Positions 1 through 10,170 of a stretch of DNA of 64,000 nucleotides are shown here, one piece after another (position 1 is the stretch's first letter; each line of letters opens with the position of its first letter). The stretch lies in the NCBI GenBank assembly GCA_964353135.1, contig CAYGTV010000001.1, positions 18,696 through 82,695 of the forward strand, in the 5' to 3' direction. The notes beneath the pieces are model-generated. The model worked only from the letters and a program-made list of their open reading frames with translations. It made no database searches and was not told where the DNA came from. The DNA is from an uncultured Candidatus Saccharibacteria bacterium. Lineage in GTDB: Bacteria > Patescibacteriota > Minisyncoccia > Phycocordibacterales > UBA918. A program made the translations under genes and the position numbers.

Positions 1-374
1 ACTGGTATACAGAAGGTCCGATCAATCTAGGTATTTCTTTTGAAAATACAGGATCAGTACACCTAAATCCCTATGGTGAACTGACGGTGACTAACATCCT
101 TGGTGAACAAGTCGGTTATGTCGAGCTTGAACCCTGGTTTGTGTTACCAAAATCACTCCGAACCCGTGAAGTGGGGTGGGACCGTGAGTTTTTGTTTGGT
201 CGCTACACGGTTGAGGCAAATATTAATCGTGGGTATGACGATGTCATTGATACCGTCAAGACATCTTTTTGGGTGATTCCGTATCAGTTCATTGCTGGGG
301 TATTTGGAGTTCTATTTATTGGTTTCCTGCTAATCAGACTATTTTTCCGGACGTTTGAATTTAAACGAAAATAA
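1..374 (+). CDS. 3' end of a gene that begins upstream of the window; C-terminal TM helix plus basic tail (membrane-anchored hypothetical protein)
   Basis: The frame of ORF 87..374 stays open back to nt 3 with no stop, so the gene starts upstream. C-terminus is FIAGVFGVLFIGFLLIRLFF then a basic tail. It sits directly upstream of the DUF2341/LamG gene. Confidence 0.4.
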   Translation, partial: WYTEGPINLGISFENTGSVHLNPYGELTVTNILGEQVGYVELEPWFVLPKSLRTREVGWDREFLFGRYTVEANINRGYDDVIDTVKTSFWVIPYQFIAGVFGVLFIGFLLIRLFFRTFEFKRK

Positions 375-379
375 TAGAA

Positions 380-2182
380 ATGTGGCTCTTTCGAGACATC
401 GCTTATAGTTCTTTGGTTACCATGCTAGCTATTAGTTTGGTTGGTTTCTCGGCTTCAAGTTTTGCTCAAGTACGCAGTAGTTCAAACTACCAGTTAGAAA
501 GTGACAGTATTAACGTAGGTGGTGGCTTGTCTAACTCTTCAAACTTTAGTCTAGAGAGTACCGCCGGAGAAATTGCTACTGGTAGATCAACCGGCACCAA
601 CTTTTCTTTGCAAGCTGGGTATCAGCAACTTGATTCGGTTTTCATCAGTTTGGCATTTGTGGGCGATCAGGTGTGGCAAAAGGGGGTTGAGCTGACAATT
701 GATGCGGCTAACATTGATGAAACACTTACAGATTTTCCTGTTTACGTGGATTTAGCAGATCTGGGTTCGGAATTTTGGGCTGGCGTACAGTCAGACGGGC
801 GAGACATTCGAGTTACAAGTAGTGATGGTGTTACGGAGGTGCCGTATGAAATAGTGTCAATCAATGCGGTTGGAGAAGCAGGTGAGTTGTACTTCAAAGC
901 TCCGGTGATTAGCTCTAGTACTGATAGTACATTTTTTATCTATTATGATAACGAGGAAGCTATAAGCTACCTAGAAACAGATGAGTTTGGATCTGAAAAC
1001 GTATGGACCAATAATTTTGAGGCGGTATACCACTTGTCCGAAGACCCTTCTGCCACCGCACCGCAAATGAAAGATAGTACAAGTAACAATCGAGATTTGA
1101 CCTCTGAAGGCGCAATGACCTCTGGTGATCTAGTGTCTGGGCAATTGGGTGGTGCGATTGATTTTGATGGAAGTAATGATGCGCTAAGAAATTCTACTTG
1201 GGATTGGCTAGGTAATGAAGTGACTGTAACGTATTGGAACAATATTCTTTCTGGTGAAGTGGTCGAGAGTACACCTTTTGGGTTTACAGACGTTGGTAAT
1301 GTTCGTTTGTCGGCACACTCTCCTTGGACTGATAATAATTTATATTTTGATTATGGGACTTACACAACTGGGGGTCGACTTGCAACTAGTTACGCTGCTA
1401 AACTTAATAAGTGGTCGCATATCGCTCTTTCCTCAACGGGGTCAAATAATACCTTTACTGGAATCTATTTAGACGGAGCGCTCGCTTCTTCACGATTGTC
1501 TTCAGTTAAACCCAATGTGACATTGTCTAACTTTGATTTAGGTAATGGTGATTACCGTGGCCGAATTGATGAGTTTAGAGTGTCAGGAGTTTCTAGGTCG
1601 GCTGCCTGGATTTCTGCTGAGTATATCAATCAATTCACTTCAACTGCTTTCTATGCAACTACTTCAGTAGATACAGTTACCTTCGCGGTCGGTGGTGCTA
1701 ATGTTTTTATGACTCCTGATTTACCGGGACTAACTGGAGGAACTTCAAATGGGTCAACCACGTTTATCGTCACAACAGACAGTCCGACTGGATATCAAGT
1801 CACATTGCAGGCTTCAGATGCGCCAGCCATGCAGTCTCCAACCGGATCATCAATTGGAAATTACAACAACGGTGACATAGCAGGTTTTGCTTTTACTATC
1901 CCTACAGCTTCGGCTGTATTCGGGTTTAGCCCAGAAGGAGTCGATGTTGCTGATCAATTTTTAGACGATACAGTCACCTGTGGCGTTGGTTCGACAGATA
2001 CCCCAGGAGCCTGCTGGGCTGGAGTCTCGACTACCCCAATCACAATTGTCGAAGCTACTGCACCAAACCAGCCAACTGGCGCAACAACAACAATTCAATT
2101 TCAGGTAGGGTTAGCAAGCGGTGCTAATATAGAATCAGGTGTCTATACCGCGACTACTACCTTAACAGCACTGCCATTATGA
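380..2182 (+). CDS. secreted surface protein with DUF2341-like and LamG (concanavalin A-like lectin/glucanase) domains
   Basis: N-terminal signal/TM. The stretch VYVDLADLGSEFWAGVQSDGRDIRVTSSDGVTEVPYEIVS...FFIYYDN matches the DUF2341 pattern. GAIDFDGSNDAL... matches LamG_3. Stop overlaps the next start (ATGA). Confidence 0.6.
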   Translation: MWLFRDIAYSSLVTMLAISLVGFSASSFAQVRSSSNYQLESDSINVGGGLSNSSNFSLESTAGEIATGRSTGTNFSLQAGYQQLDSVFISLAFVGDQVWQKGVELTIDAANIDETLTDFPVYVDLADLGSEFWAGVQSDGRDIRVTSSDGVTEVPYEIVSINAVGEAGELYFKAPVISSSTDSTFFIYYDNEEAISYLETDEFGSENVWTNNFEAVYHLSEDPSATAPQMKDSTSNNRDLTSEGAMTSGDLVSGQLGGAIDFDGSNDALRNSTWDWLGNEVTVTYWNNILSGEVVESTPFGFTDVGNVRLSAHSPWTDNNLYFDYGTYTTGGRLATSYAAKLNKWSHIALSSTGSNNTFTGIYLDGALASSRLSSVKPNVTLSNFDLGNGDYRGRIDEFRVSGVSRSAAWISAEYINQFTSTAFYATTSVDTVTFAVGGANVFMTPDLPGLTGGTSNGSTTFIVTTDSPTGYQVTLQASDAPAMQSPTGSSIGNYNNGDIAGFAFTIPTASAVFGFSPEGVDVADQFLDDTVTCGVGSTDTPGACWAGVSTTPITIVEATAPNQPTGATTTIQFQVGLASGANIESGVYTATTTLTALPL

Positions 2183-3801
2183 TCCGATTCGGGCTTTTGT
2201 TTTTTGGGTGTTTGGTCTGTGTGCCTTTTTTCGTACAAGCCCAGGCAACCGAAGACTTTACCATACGTGTATTTGGTGCAATTGATAACCAGTCACCAAG
2301 CACCACCACCATCCAGTTGATTGTGCCGGTAACCTTCTCACAAATTGACCTTTCGTGGGCTGCATCGACTGACAACTTTAATGTCTTTGGGTATGTTGTC
2401 TCTCGTGATGGTATACCAATTGCGACTACTACCTCACTTTTTTATAGTGACACCGGATTGATGGCCTCGACCACCTACAGCTACTCAGTGGTTGCGTTTG
2501 ATGGTGTACCAAACTACTCAAGTTCATCAGCTCCGGCAGCTACCACTACACCCGATATCCCGGTGGTTATACCGCCGGCATCAGCGACGTCATCAGCAGT
2601 AGAGAACGGTACAGCTGCTAGGGTGGTGCTTGATTCGCTTGTGGTTGATGCTGGTACTGTCTCTGCAAACGTAACACTCCAGACTAGACGTCCAGCGCGG
2701 ATTGAAATCAGAATTGGAGAAACGTCCTCTTATGAGATCGGGTATGTGTCTGGTGCTAGATTTGCTCGTGACCACACGATTCCGATAAGTGACCTGCGTC
2801 CAAATACTACGTATTATTACGAAGTATACGGATACACTCCGTCAGGAGCCCAAACTTTTCTGCGTCGTGGTTCGTTTACGACCATGAGTGACACACTACT
2901 TAGTCCACCAGCAAACGTTTTATATTTTTCCGCAAATGCTGAGGGTTCGGACGCGATTTTACAATGGCAGCTCCCAAATACTATGCCTGAAAACGGTCGA
3001 GTGAGAATTGTGCGTAGTCATTATGGATATCCAACGTTTATAAATGACGGGTTCGTTGTTTATGAAGGAGTTGGCCAGCAGGCTCGAGATATAGGTGTTC
3101 TTGGTCAATATAGTCGTGTGTATTATACGGCTTTTGTTATCGATCCTAACGGACGGGTTTCATCGGGTGCGATTGCTTTGGTGTCAGTACAACCAAACCA
3201 GGATTCATCAGACAGTTCAACCGGGCCGCTTGTGCAGCCTAACTTTGGAGCTGGTGAGCAGTCTGGTCAGGACGACAATAGCAGTACCACAGTTAGTGAA
3301 GTCATTAGTCTAAACATGCCCAAGGAGTCTGACATAACCATCATGCAATTAGACGATCTGTTTACAATGGCTAGTGATACGATACCGTTGAGTAGTAATG
3401 CCGTATTTACTATTGCAGTTTCTGCCGATGTGATAGAGGGTGACTTTAAAACTATCGTTGCCACACTTGCTGATCCTCGTGGTTCGCAAAAGACCTTCTC
3501 GTTCCTGCTGCGATTAAACTCTGACAAGACGAGCTATGAGGCTACAATTGCTTCAGTACAAGTGAGCGGGGTGTCTAATTTTATGGTTGAGATTTACGAC
3601 TATGATTCGCTGGTCGTGGCACGGTACATGACAGAGATCGTATTTACTGCCAGCGAAACAGTTTCCAGTTCAACACTAGAACTGTTGTGGTGGCGCATAG
3701 CAACGGCAGCTTGGTATGCAGCTCTGCTTATTCCGTTTTTGTTTTTGCTTTTGCTGTGGTTTGTGTACCGTCGCCGGGAGCAACAAGAAGTGACAAGATG
3801 A
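2179..3801 (+). CDS. fibronectin type III repeat surface protein with C-terminal TM anchor
   Basis: Signal peptide; FN3-like repeat LSWAASTDNFNVFGYVVSRDG...YSYSVVAFD; C-terminal hydrophobic segment followed by YRRREQQ. Confidence 0.55.
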   Translation: MIRFGLLFFGCLVCVPFFVQAQATEDFTIRVFGAIDNQSPSTTTIQLIVPVTFSQIDLSWAASTDNFNVFGYVVSRDGIPIATTTSLFYSDTGLMASTTYSYSVVAFDGVPNYSSSSAPAATTTPDIPVVIPPASATSSAVENGTAARVVLDSLVVDAGTVSANVTLQTRRPARIEIRIGETSSYEIGYVSGARFARDHTIPISDLRPNTTYYYEVYGYTPSGAQTFLRRGSFTTMSDTLLSPPANVLYFSANAEGSDAILQWQLPNTMPENGRVRIVRSHYGYPTFINDGFVVYEGVGQQARDIGVLGQYSRVYYTAFVIDPNGRVSSGAIALVSVQPNQDSSDSSTGPLVQPNFGAGEQSGQDDNSSTTVSEVISLNMPKESDITIMQLDDLFTMASDTIPLSSNAVFTIAVSADVIEGDFKTIVATLADPRGSQKTFSFLLRLNSDKTSYEATIASVQVSGVSNFMVEIYDYDSLVVARYMTEIVFTASETVSSSTLELLWWRIATAAWYAALLIPFLFLLLLWFVYRRREQQEVTR

Positions 3802-3874
3802 GGATAAAAACAGCGTGAGATTATCAATGCCTTGTATACTAGGGTCAGGTATTTAACTAATGAATTGATCATCT

Positions 3875-4903
3875 ATGAAACGTGTAGCAATTAATGGATT
3901 TGGAAGAATTGGACGAACGTTCCTACGTACGGCTTTTGGGCATAAGGATTTTGAAGTAGTAGCAATCAATGATCTAGGAAGTTTAGAAAATCTTGCCTAC
4001 CTACTTAAGTACGACTCTGTGTATGGACGGGCACCTTTTTCTGTCGAGGTAGTAGATGGAAAGCTAATGGTGCAGGGGAAAGAGATTGCGTTCACACAAG
4101 AGCGAGAACCAGAAAAACTTCCATGGGGTGCAATGAATGTAGATATCGTTGTTGAGTCAACTGGATTTTATACAACCTACGAGGGTTCAAAGAAGCACCT
4201 CACTGCTGGCGCAAAGCGAGTGGTTATTTCTGCACCAGCAAAAGATGATCCTGCTGCAGCCGGTGTACAAGGAGCAACCGTACTGATGGGGGTGAATGAC
4301 GACCAGCTTAAAACCTGTCAGATTTCTTCTAACGCATCATGTACTACAAATGCAACCAGTCCATTGATTGCGATCTTGAAAGAAGCAATTGGAATCGAGA
4401 AAGCAATTTTGAACACTGTTCACGCGTACACATCAACCCAATCTTTGGTTGATGGTCCAGGTAAAAAAGACATGCGTTCTGGACGAGCTGCAGCCCTCAA
4501 TATCATCCCTGCTAGTACCGGGGCGGCAATTGCTACAACCAAAGCTCACCCTGAACTAGACGGAAAGTTTGACGGTATCGCAATGCGGGTCCCAGTTCCG
4601 GTCGGTTCAATTGTAGACGTGACGTTTATCGCTAAGCGAGATACAACAGTAGAAGAAATCAATGCTGCTTTTACCAAAGCAGCTGCTGACCCACGATGGA
4701 AGAACATCTTTGCTGCTACCGACGAACCGATTGTATCTTCTGACATTATTGGATCACGAGTCGGTTCAATTGCTGACTTGTCATTCACTCGTGTGGTGGG
4801 TGGAAACTTGGTCAAGGTGCTTGGGTGGTATGACAACGAAACTAGCTACACACAAACGTTGGTAGAACATGTCGCTGCGTCTGCTCGACACATGCAATCA
4901 TAA
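3875..4903 (+). CDS. gap: glyceraldehyde-3-phosphate dehydrogenase
   Basis: N-terminus MKRVAINGFGRIGR (NAD-binding); the active-site ASCTTN motif is present; 342 aa. Confidence 0.9.
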   Translation: MKRVAINGFGRIGRTFLRTAFGHKDFEVVAINDLGSLENLAYLLKYDSVYGRAPFSVEVVDGKLMVQGKEIAFTQEREPEKLPWGAMNVDIVVESTGFYTTYEGSKKHLTAGAKRVVISAPAKDDPAAAGVQGATVLMGVNDDQLKTCQISSNASCTTNATSPLIAILKEAIGIEKAILNTVHAYTSTQSLVDGPGKKDMRSGRAAALNIIPASTGAAIATTKAHPELDGKFDGIAMRVPVPVGSIVDVTFIAKRDTTVEEINAAFTKAAADPRWKNIFAATDEPIVSSDIIGSRVGSIADLSFTRVVGGNLVKVLGWYDNETSYTQTLVEHVAASARHMQS

Positions 4904-5364
4904 TGAATATTCATCTCGCTACAGATCACGCTGGCTACACACACAAAAATGCGGTGGCTGATTGGTTACAATCAGAGGGGTATGTGGTAGTAGATCATGG
5001 TGCAGCCGTGTATGACGGAGAAGATGATTATCCCGACTTTATTGCGCGAGCCGCAATGGCTATTTCCAGAAATCCAAATGATCGGGCGATAATTTTCGGT
5101 GGTTCTGGGCAAGGAGAGGCGATGCTGGCCAATCGCTTTCCCGCTGTGCGGGCGACTGTGCTGTACAGTGATGATGCAGAAATTGTTGAACTGAGTAGGG
5201 CACATAACGATGCTAATGTGCTATCGATTGGAGCGCGGTTTCTTTCGGTTGACGCTACCAAAAAGCATATTTGGAACTGGCTGCACTCAGAGCGATCAAA
5301 CGTAGAGCGACACAATCGCCGGATAGAAAAAGTGGCAGCTATCACTAAGAACATTCACACATGA
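4903..5364 (+). CDS. rpiB: ribose-5-phosphate isomerase B (RpiB/LacAB family)
   Basis: 153 aa starting MNIHLATDHAGY, typical of RpiB. Start overlaps the gap stop. Confidence 0.8.
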   Translation: MNIHLATDHAGYTHKNAVADWLQSEGYVVVDHGAAVYDGEDDYPDFIARAAMAISRNPNDRAIIFGGSGQGEAMLANRFPAVRATVLYSDDAEIVELSRAHNDANVLSIGARFLSVDATKKHIWNWLHSERSNVERHNRRIEKVAAITKNIHT

Positions 5365-6008
5365 TTTCTATCGTTCCAGCAATCATTCCAACCTCGAAAG
5401 AAAATCTTTTAGAAGGTTTTGAGAAAGTAGCTTTTTCACCTGAAGTGCACGTTGATGTTATAGATGGAAAGTTTACCCCATCGTCGTCTTGGCCGTGTAA
5501 CCCAACCGGCGATCCGGTTTCAGTAAAAGATGCGGCCGATACGTTTACGCTTGAGGTTGATCTCATGATTGAAAATCCACTACTAGCAGCAGTTGATTGG
5601 GTGACTGCTGGGGCTGATATGCTTGTCTTCCATGTTGAGACGATTGGACTAGAGAATTTTAAAAACTTTGCTGAGTATACTCACATCACACTCAGTATTG
5701 CTTGTCACGGTAATACCCCGATCGACACGTTGCTTACATATGCAGAGTACGCTGACGGGGTGCAGCTGATGGGTATAAAACAAATCGGATCTCAGGGTCA
5801 GCCTTTTAACAAGGATGTGCTGGAACAAATTGCGGCTGTTAAAAAAGCGTATCCAAATAAGCCCGTTACAGTTGACGGTAGTGTTAATCCTGAGACGGTC
5901 AAACAGATCGTTGAAGCAGGAGCTGACCGTGTAATCGTTGGTTCTGCTATCATCTTGCAAGATGATCCGTACCTCGCCTACGAAGAACTGTGTGGACTTA
6001 TTAAATAA
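5361..6008 (+). CDS. rpe: ribulose-phosphate 3-epimerase
   Basis: 215 aa; the HVDVIDGKF motif corresponds to the Rpe metal-binding H-x-D...DG motif. Start overlaps the rpiB stop. Confidence 0.7.
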   Translation: MISIVPAIIPTSKENLLEGFEKVAFSPEVHVDVIDGKFTPSSSWPCNPTGDPVSVKDAADTFTLEVDLMIENPLLAAVDWVTAGADMLVFHVETIGLENFKNFAEYTHITLSIACHGNTPIDTLLTYAEYADGVQLMGIKQIGSQGQPFNKDVLEQIAAVKKAYPNKPVTVDGSVNPETVKQIVEAGADRVIVGSAIILQDDPYLAYEELCGLIK

Positions 6009-6034
6009 TTAGCCTTGGTGGTCGGCCAGACCCT

Positions 6035-6949
6035 TTGTATACTATAGTCACTATGCAGTACCTCTCATCAGACCAAATTACTACCCTTGAAAAGCAGGCG
6101 AACGAGATTCGCCAGAGTATTATTGAAATGCTCACTGAAGCAGGTAGTGGTCATACAGCTGGCCCTCTAGGTATGGCTGATGTGTTTACCCTGCTTTATT
6201 TTGCCCTCTTGAAACATGATCCCAAAAACCCCGACTGGGAAGATCGAGATCGACTAATCCTGTCTAACGGACATATCTGTCCAGTTCTGTATGCCACAAT
6301 GGCTCACGCCGGGTATTTCCCAGTTGAAGAACTACTGACACTTCGTAAATTTGGTTCTAGGTTGCAAGGCCATCCTCATCGTGAATCACTCCCGGGGCTA
6401 GAAAATAGTTCAGGACCACTAGGTTCCGGACTGTCTCAAGCGGTTGGAATGGCAATCGCTGATCGGATGGACAATCCGTATACCAGTAAATTTGTCTACT
6501 GCTTGACTGGTGATGGTGAACTACAAGAGGGTCAGATTTGGGAAGCTGCCATGCTGGCTGGAAAAGAAAAACTACACAACCTGATTGTGATTGTTGATCG
6601 CAACGGATTCCAAATCGACGGCTACACTCAAGACGTCATGCCAATGGAACCACTGGCTGAAAAGTGGGAGAGCTTTGGGTTCGATGTGCAAGAAGTCGAC
6701 GGTCATAGTATGCGAGCACTGAACGACGCTATTGGGAAAGCTCAAGCAGTTTACAGTCAGCCTTCAGTTATTATTGCTCACACAATCGGTGGTAAAGGGG
6801 TGGACGTGTTTGAGCGTGATTTCAGATGGCACGGTAATCCTCCAGGCAAAGGGCCAGAAGATCGAGTGCCGAAAAGCGAACAATCAAAGGTCGCGCTGGA
6901 GAAACTCCGGACGTTGGCTGGAACTATTGATAAAGATAATCACGCATAG
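6035..6949 (+). CDS. tkt: transketolase, N-terminal (TPP-binding) subunit
   Basis: 304 aa; GSGHTAGPLGMADV and GDGELQEGQIWEA are the TPP-binding motifs of the transketolase N-terminus; split-gene arrangement. Confidence 0.85.
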   Translation: MYTIVTMQYLSSDQITTLEKQANEIRQSIIEMLTEAGSGHTAGPLGMADVFTLLYFALLKHDPKNPDWEDRDRLILSNGHICPVLYATMAHAGYFPVEELLTLRKFGSRLQGHPHRESLPGLENSSGPLGSGLSQAVGMAIADRMDNPYTSKFVYCLTGDGELQEGQIWEAAMLAGKEKLHNLIVIVDRNGFQIDGYTQDVMPMEPLAEKWESFGFDVQEVDGHSMRALNDAIGKAQAVYSQPSVIIAHTIGGKGVDVFERDFRWHGNPPGKGPEDRVPKSEQSKVALEKLRTLAGTIDKDNHA

Positions 6950-6952
6950 CCT

Positions 6953-7942
6953 ATGTTTACAGACAATATTTCAGACGCAGTCAAAAACGGAGGGGAAGTC
7001 GAGAGTGTTGCGACTCGAAACGGCTTTGGTGAAGGTTTGCTAGAGGCCGGGAAGCGAGACACAAACGTTGTAGCTCTTTGCTGCGACCTGACCGAGTCAA
7101 CCAAAACTCATTTGTTTGCTGAGGAGTTTCCAGAACGGTTTGTCCAAATTGGAGTAGCCGAGCAGAACCTAGCGTCAGTTGGCTCAGGTATGGCGGCAAT
7201 GGGCAAGATCCCTTTTATCACATCATACGCAATGTTTTCCCCGGGACGTAACTGGGAGCAAATTCGGACGACAATTGCATATAACAATGTGAACGTGAAA
7301 ATTGTCGGTTCACACGCCGGAGTGTCAGTGGGTCCAGACGGAGCTACTCACCAAGCGATCGAAGATATGGCAATCATGCGAGCAATCCCAAACATGGTAG
7401 TAATCGCACCGGCAGATGTTCATGAGGCACGTAAGGTTACTCTGGCAGCTGCTCAGTATGAGGGGCCAGTCTACTTCCGTTTAGGGCGATCTGGAACACC
7501 GGTGGTTACCACCGAAGAAACACCATTTGAAATTGGGAAAGCTCAACTCATGTTCACTCGTGACGAGTCACTGGAGAAAAAAGTGGGGATCGTTTCGACT
7601 GGGTCACTTTTATACAACTCATTGATGGCAGCCCACGAACTACAGACTGCTGGAATTGGAGCATCAGTGCTGCACATGGCGACCATTAAACCACTAGACA
7701 CCGAAGCACTAGCGGCCTTTGCAGCCGAGCACAACGCGATTGTGACCGTAGAAGAACACCAGATCAACGGTGGACTAGGAAGTGCAGTGGCTGAATTTCT
7801 GTCAGAAACCAACCCAACCAAAATGGCCCGCATCGGTATCCAAGACCAGTTTGGTCAGTCAGGTGAACCAGACGAGCTAATTGCACATTATGGGATGGAT
7901 GTCCCAAGTATCGTCGCAGCAGCAAAGAAACTGGTAGTGTAA
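6953..7942 (+). CDS. tkt: transketolase, C-terminal (pyrimidine-binding) subunit
   Basis: 329 aa, immediately downstream of the N-terminal subunit; the pyrimidine-binding domain and C-terminal domain are recognisable. Confidence 0.85.
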   Translation: MFTDNISDAVKNGGEVESVATRNGFGEGLLEAGKRDTNVVALCCDLTESTKTHLFAEEFPERFVQIGVAEQNLASVGSGMAAMGKIPFITSYAMFSPGRNWEQIRTTIAYNNVNVKIVGSHAGVSVGPDGATHQAIEDMAIMRAIPNMVVIAPADVHEARKVTLAAAQYEGPVYFRLGRSGTPVVTTEETPFEIGKAQLMFTRDESLEKKVGIVSTGSLLYNSLMAAHELQTAGIGASVLHMATIKPLDTEALAAFAAEHNAIVTVEEHQINGGLGSAVAEFLSETNPTKMARIGIQDQFGQSGEPDELIAHYGMDVPSIVAAAKKLVV

Positions 7943-8182
7943 AAGAAAACGCCCCTCTAAGGAGCGCTCAAGCCAGCAAGAACAGTTATAGTAGGTGGTA
8001 ACGCTCACCGCTAAGCGAAGGATTTTTTCACGTTTGATTCCAGTGAAAAATTGCTTACAAAAACCCCTGGACATATCTGGTCGGCATCGCGGACCCGGAC
8101 TTCGTAAACTCGCACGGCTCTCATCCATATTGCGCTGGTCACAATACTTCTAAGAACGGAGCGAATTAACTAAACAGTATCA

Positions 8183-8216
8183 CAAAACAAAACCACCGAA
8201 AGGTGGATTTGTTTTT
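8183..8216. terminator. bidirectional hairpin between convergent tkt and pfkB genes
   Basis: aaaacaaaaccacc gaaa ggtggatttgttttt. Confidence 0.5.
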
Positions 8217-8233
8217 ACTTGTCCCTAGTCTAG

Positions 8234-9235
8234 TTAAACTTTACTCGGCATATAGTCGTCTGGTCGGTTATCTAGGTGTTTCATCAGCTCCTCTAGTGGT
8301 AGTAGTCCAGCTTGTGCACCAACATGTTGCACCACGTTCATAGAGTTAATTGGACCCCATGAGAGTGCTTCGGCTGGGTCTTTCCCTAGGATAATGGCAG
8401 AAGTAAAGGTTGACGAGAACGCGTCACCAGCACCAGTCCGGTCAACTGGAGCAGCTGGATCCGGGTACATTGGCATATGCCACGCTTGGTCATCAGCATC
8501 CACGGTAAACGCTCCATTTGGTCCGTCGGTTACTACCGGAATAGTTGGTCCTAATTCTCGCATCATTCGTACTAACGTCGGTGTGTCTTGTTCGGTGGTC
8601 TTGAGAATTTCCTGAGCCTCTTCTTTGTTGCAGAAAAAAATCTCGGTGTTTTGATACACATCAGCCAACGCTTCGTGACCTAATTTGATTTGGAAGGTCC
8701 CTGGCTGAAAGGCTAGCTTGGTTTCATTACTTTTTACATACTGCGCGATCTCGTGGTGATAGTCGATCCCATGTTCACCAACCGATGAGAAGTAAAAGAA
8801 TTTAGGTGGCACTGGGAAGTCCGGCAGCGCATACGGGTACGTTTCGTGGTTAATAAGAATGGTTCGCTCTGGTCCGTATCGTAGTACGTAGTGATAGTTA
8901 GTTTTCTTATCTTCATGGATTTTTACAAAATCAGTGTGGATACCTTCATCCCTGAGCGCTTGGAGACATTCCTTACCAAATTTATCGTTACCGATGTGGG
9001 TGACCAGTCCCGTTTCTAGACCGAGTCGGTGGGCTGAACAAGCCGCGTTTGGACTGTTTCCAACTGCTGGTACCACTACTACGTCGTCATAGGGTAGTTT
9101 GCTACCAAATGGCATCTGCAGAGTCTTACGGCCTGTGTCTTGGTCAATCGACACGTCAGCTTGGTCAATATTAAGTTGAATAAATGCATCAATGAGTATG
9201 TCGCCGATAGCGACGAAATCGTATTGTTGTGACAT
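8234..9235 (-). CDS. PfkB-family carbohydrate kinase (ribokinase/phosphofructokinase-like)
   Basis: PfkB signature TGAGDAFSSTFTSAIILG near the C-terminus. Start moved to the MSQQYDFVAIGD ATG at 9235; the ORF-track extension to 9298 looks spurious. Confidence 0.7.
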   Translation of the reverse strand: MSQQYDFVAIGDILIDAFIQLNIDQADVSIDQDTGRKTLQMPFGSKLPYDDVVVVPAVGNSPNAACSAHRLGLETGLVTHIGNDKFGKECLQALRDEGIHTDFVKIHEDKKTNYHYVLRYGPERTILINHETYPYALPDFPVPPKFFYFSSVGEHGIDYHHEIAQYVKSNETKLAFQPGTFQIKLGHEALADVYQNTEIFFCNKEEAQEILKTTEQDTPTLVRMMRELGPTIPVVTDGPNGAFTVDADDQAWHMPMYPDPAAPVDRTGAGDAFSSTFTSAIILGKDPAEALSWGPINSMNVVQHVGAQAGLLPLEELMKHLDNRPDDYMPSKV

Positions 9236-9303
9236 ATGTCCATATTGTAACAGCCGCCGGGTTTGGTTTGGTATGATGTATACATATAAAGTAAACAATC
9301 ACT

Positions 9304-10170
9304 ATGAAGTCACTACGGGAAGTCATCGCAGACGCAGAAGCACAAAAAGTAGCAGTTGGACACTTTAATGTGTCTGACTCTAGTCAGTTATGGGGAATAT
9401 TTAACGCTGCCCGAGCGCTCGATCTGCCAGTAGTGATCGGAGCCTCAGAAGGTGAGCGCGATTTCATCGGGGTGCGAGCATTGGTCGCAATGGTGAAAGC
9501 AATCCGAGAAGAGTTTGATTATCCAATCTACACCAACGCCGACCACACGTATTCATTTGATCGCGTGAAAGAAGCGATTGATGCTGGGTTTGATGCAGTT
9601 ATCTATGACGGAAACAAAGTGTCTCACGAAGAAAACCTCGAGATCACCAAACAGTGTGTCGAATATGCCCGCGCCCAAGACCGAGACGTTTTAGTTGAAG
9701 CAGAACTAGGGAATATCGGTATGTCTTCAAAGTTACTGGATGGAATCCCAGAAGGCGCCGAGATCACCGATGACATGCTGACACTGCCAGAAGAGCTAGC
9801 TGAATTTGTAGCGCACACCGGGGTTGATCTGATTGCACCAGCGGTAGGGAACCTGCACGGTATGATGAAGCATGGTAATAATCCTCGACTCAACATCGAG
9901 CGAATCGCACAGTTGCGCGCGGCTGGTGGAGTACCAATGGTGCTGCACGGCGGATCAGGGATCACTGATGAAGATTTTGTATCAGCAATCCAAGCTGGAA
10001 TTGGAATGGTGCACATCAACACCGAAATCAGAAAAGCGTACCGAGACGGTATTGCAGCATATATTGCAGAGAATCCTGACGAGATCGCTCCGTACCGTTA
10101 CATCCAAGCCGGTCGTGATGCACTGCAAGCGGTAGTAGATGGTCGTATGCGATTGTTTAATAGCAAGTAG
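9304..10170 (+). CDS. fba: class II fructose-bisphosphate aldolase
   Basis: 288 aa; N-terminus MKSLREVIADAEAQKVAVGHFNV and GSG-rich metal-binding region typical of FbaA/tagatose-bisphosphate aldolase. Divergent from pfkB. Confidence 0.85.
   Translation: MKSLREVIADAEAQKVAVGHFNVSDSSQLWGIFNAARALDLPVVIGASEGERDFIGVRALVAMVKAIREEFDYPIYTNADHTYSFDRVKEAIDAGFDAVIYDGNKVSHEENLEITKQCVEYARAQDRDVLVEAELGNIGMSSKLLDGIPEGAEITDDMLTLPEELAEFVAHTGVDLIAPAVGNLHGMMKHGNNPRLNIERIAQLRAAGGVPMVLHGGSGITDEDFVSAIQAGIGMVHINTEIRKAYRDGIAAYIAENPDEIAPYRYIQAGRDALQAVVDGRMRLFNSK

Noticed and set aside
7943-8233. A 290-nt intergenic region after tkt, checked for a tRNA or small RNA
   Set aside because: It contains hairpins (TTTTTCAC...GTGAAAAA and a bidirectional terminator at 8183-8216) but no cloverleaf or conserved ncRNA motif. 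The track ORF 7877..8128 (-) is probably noise.
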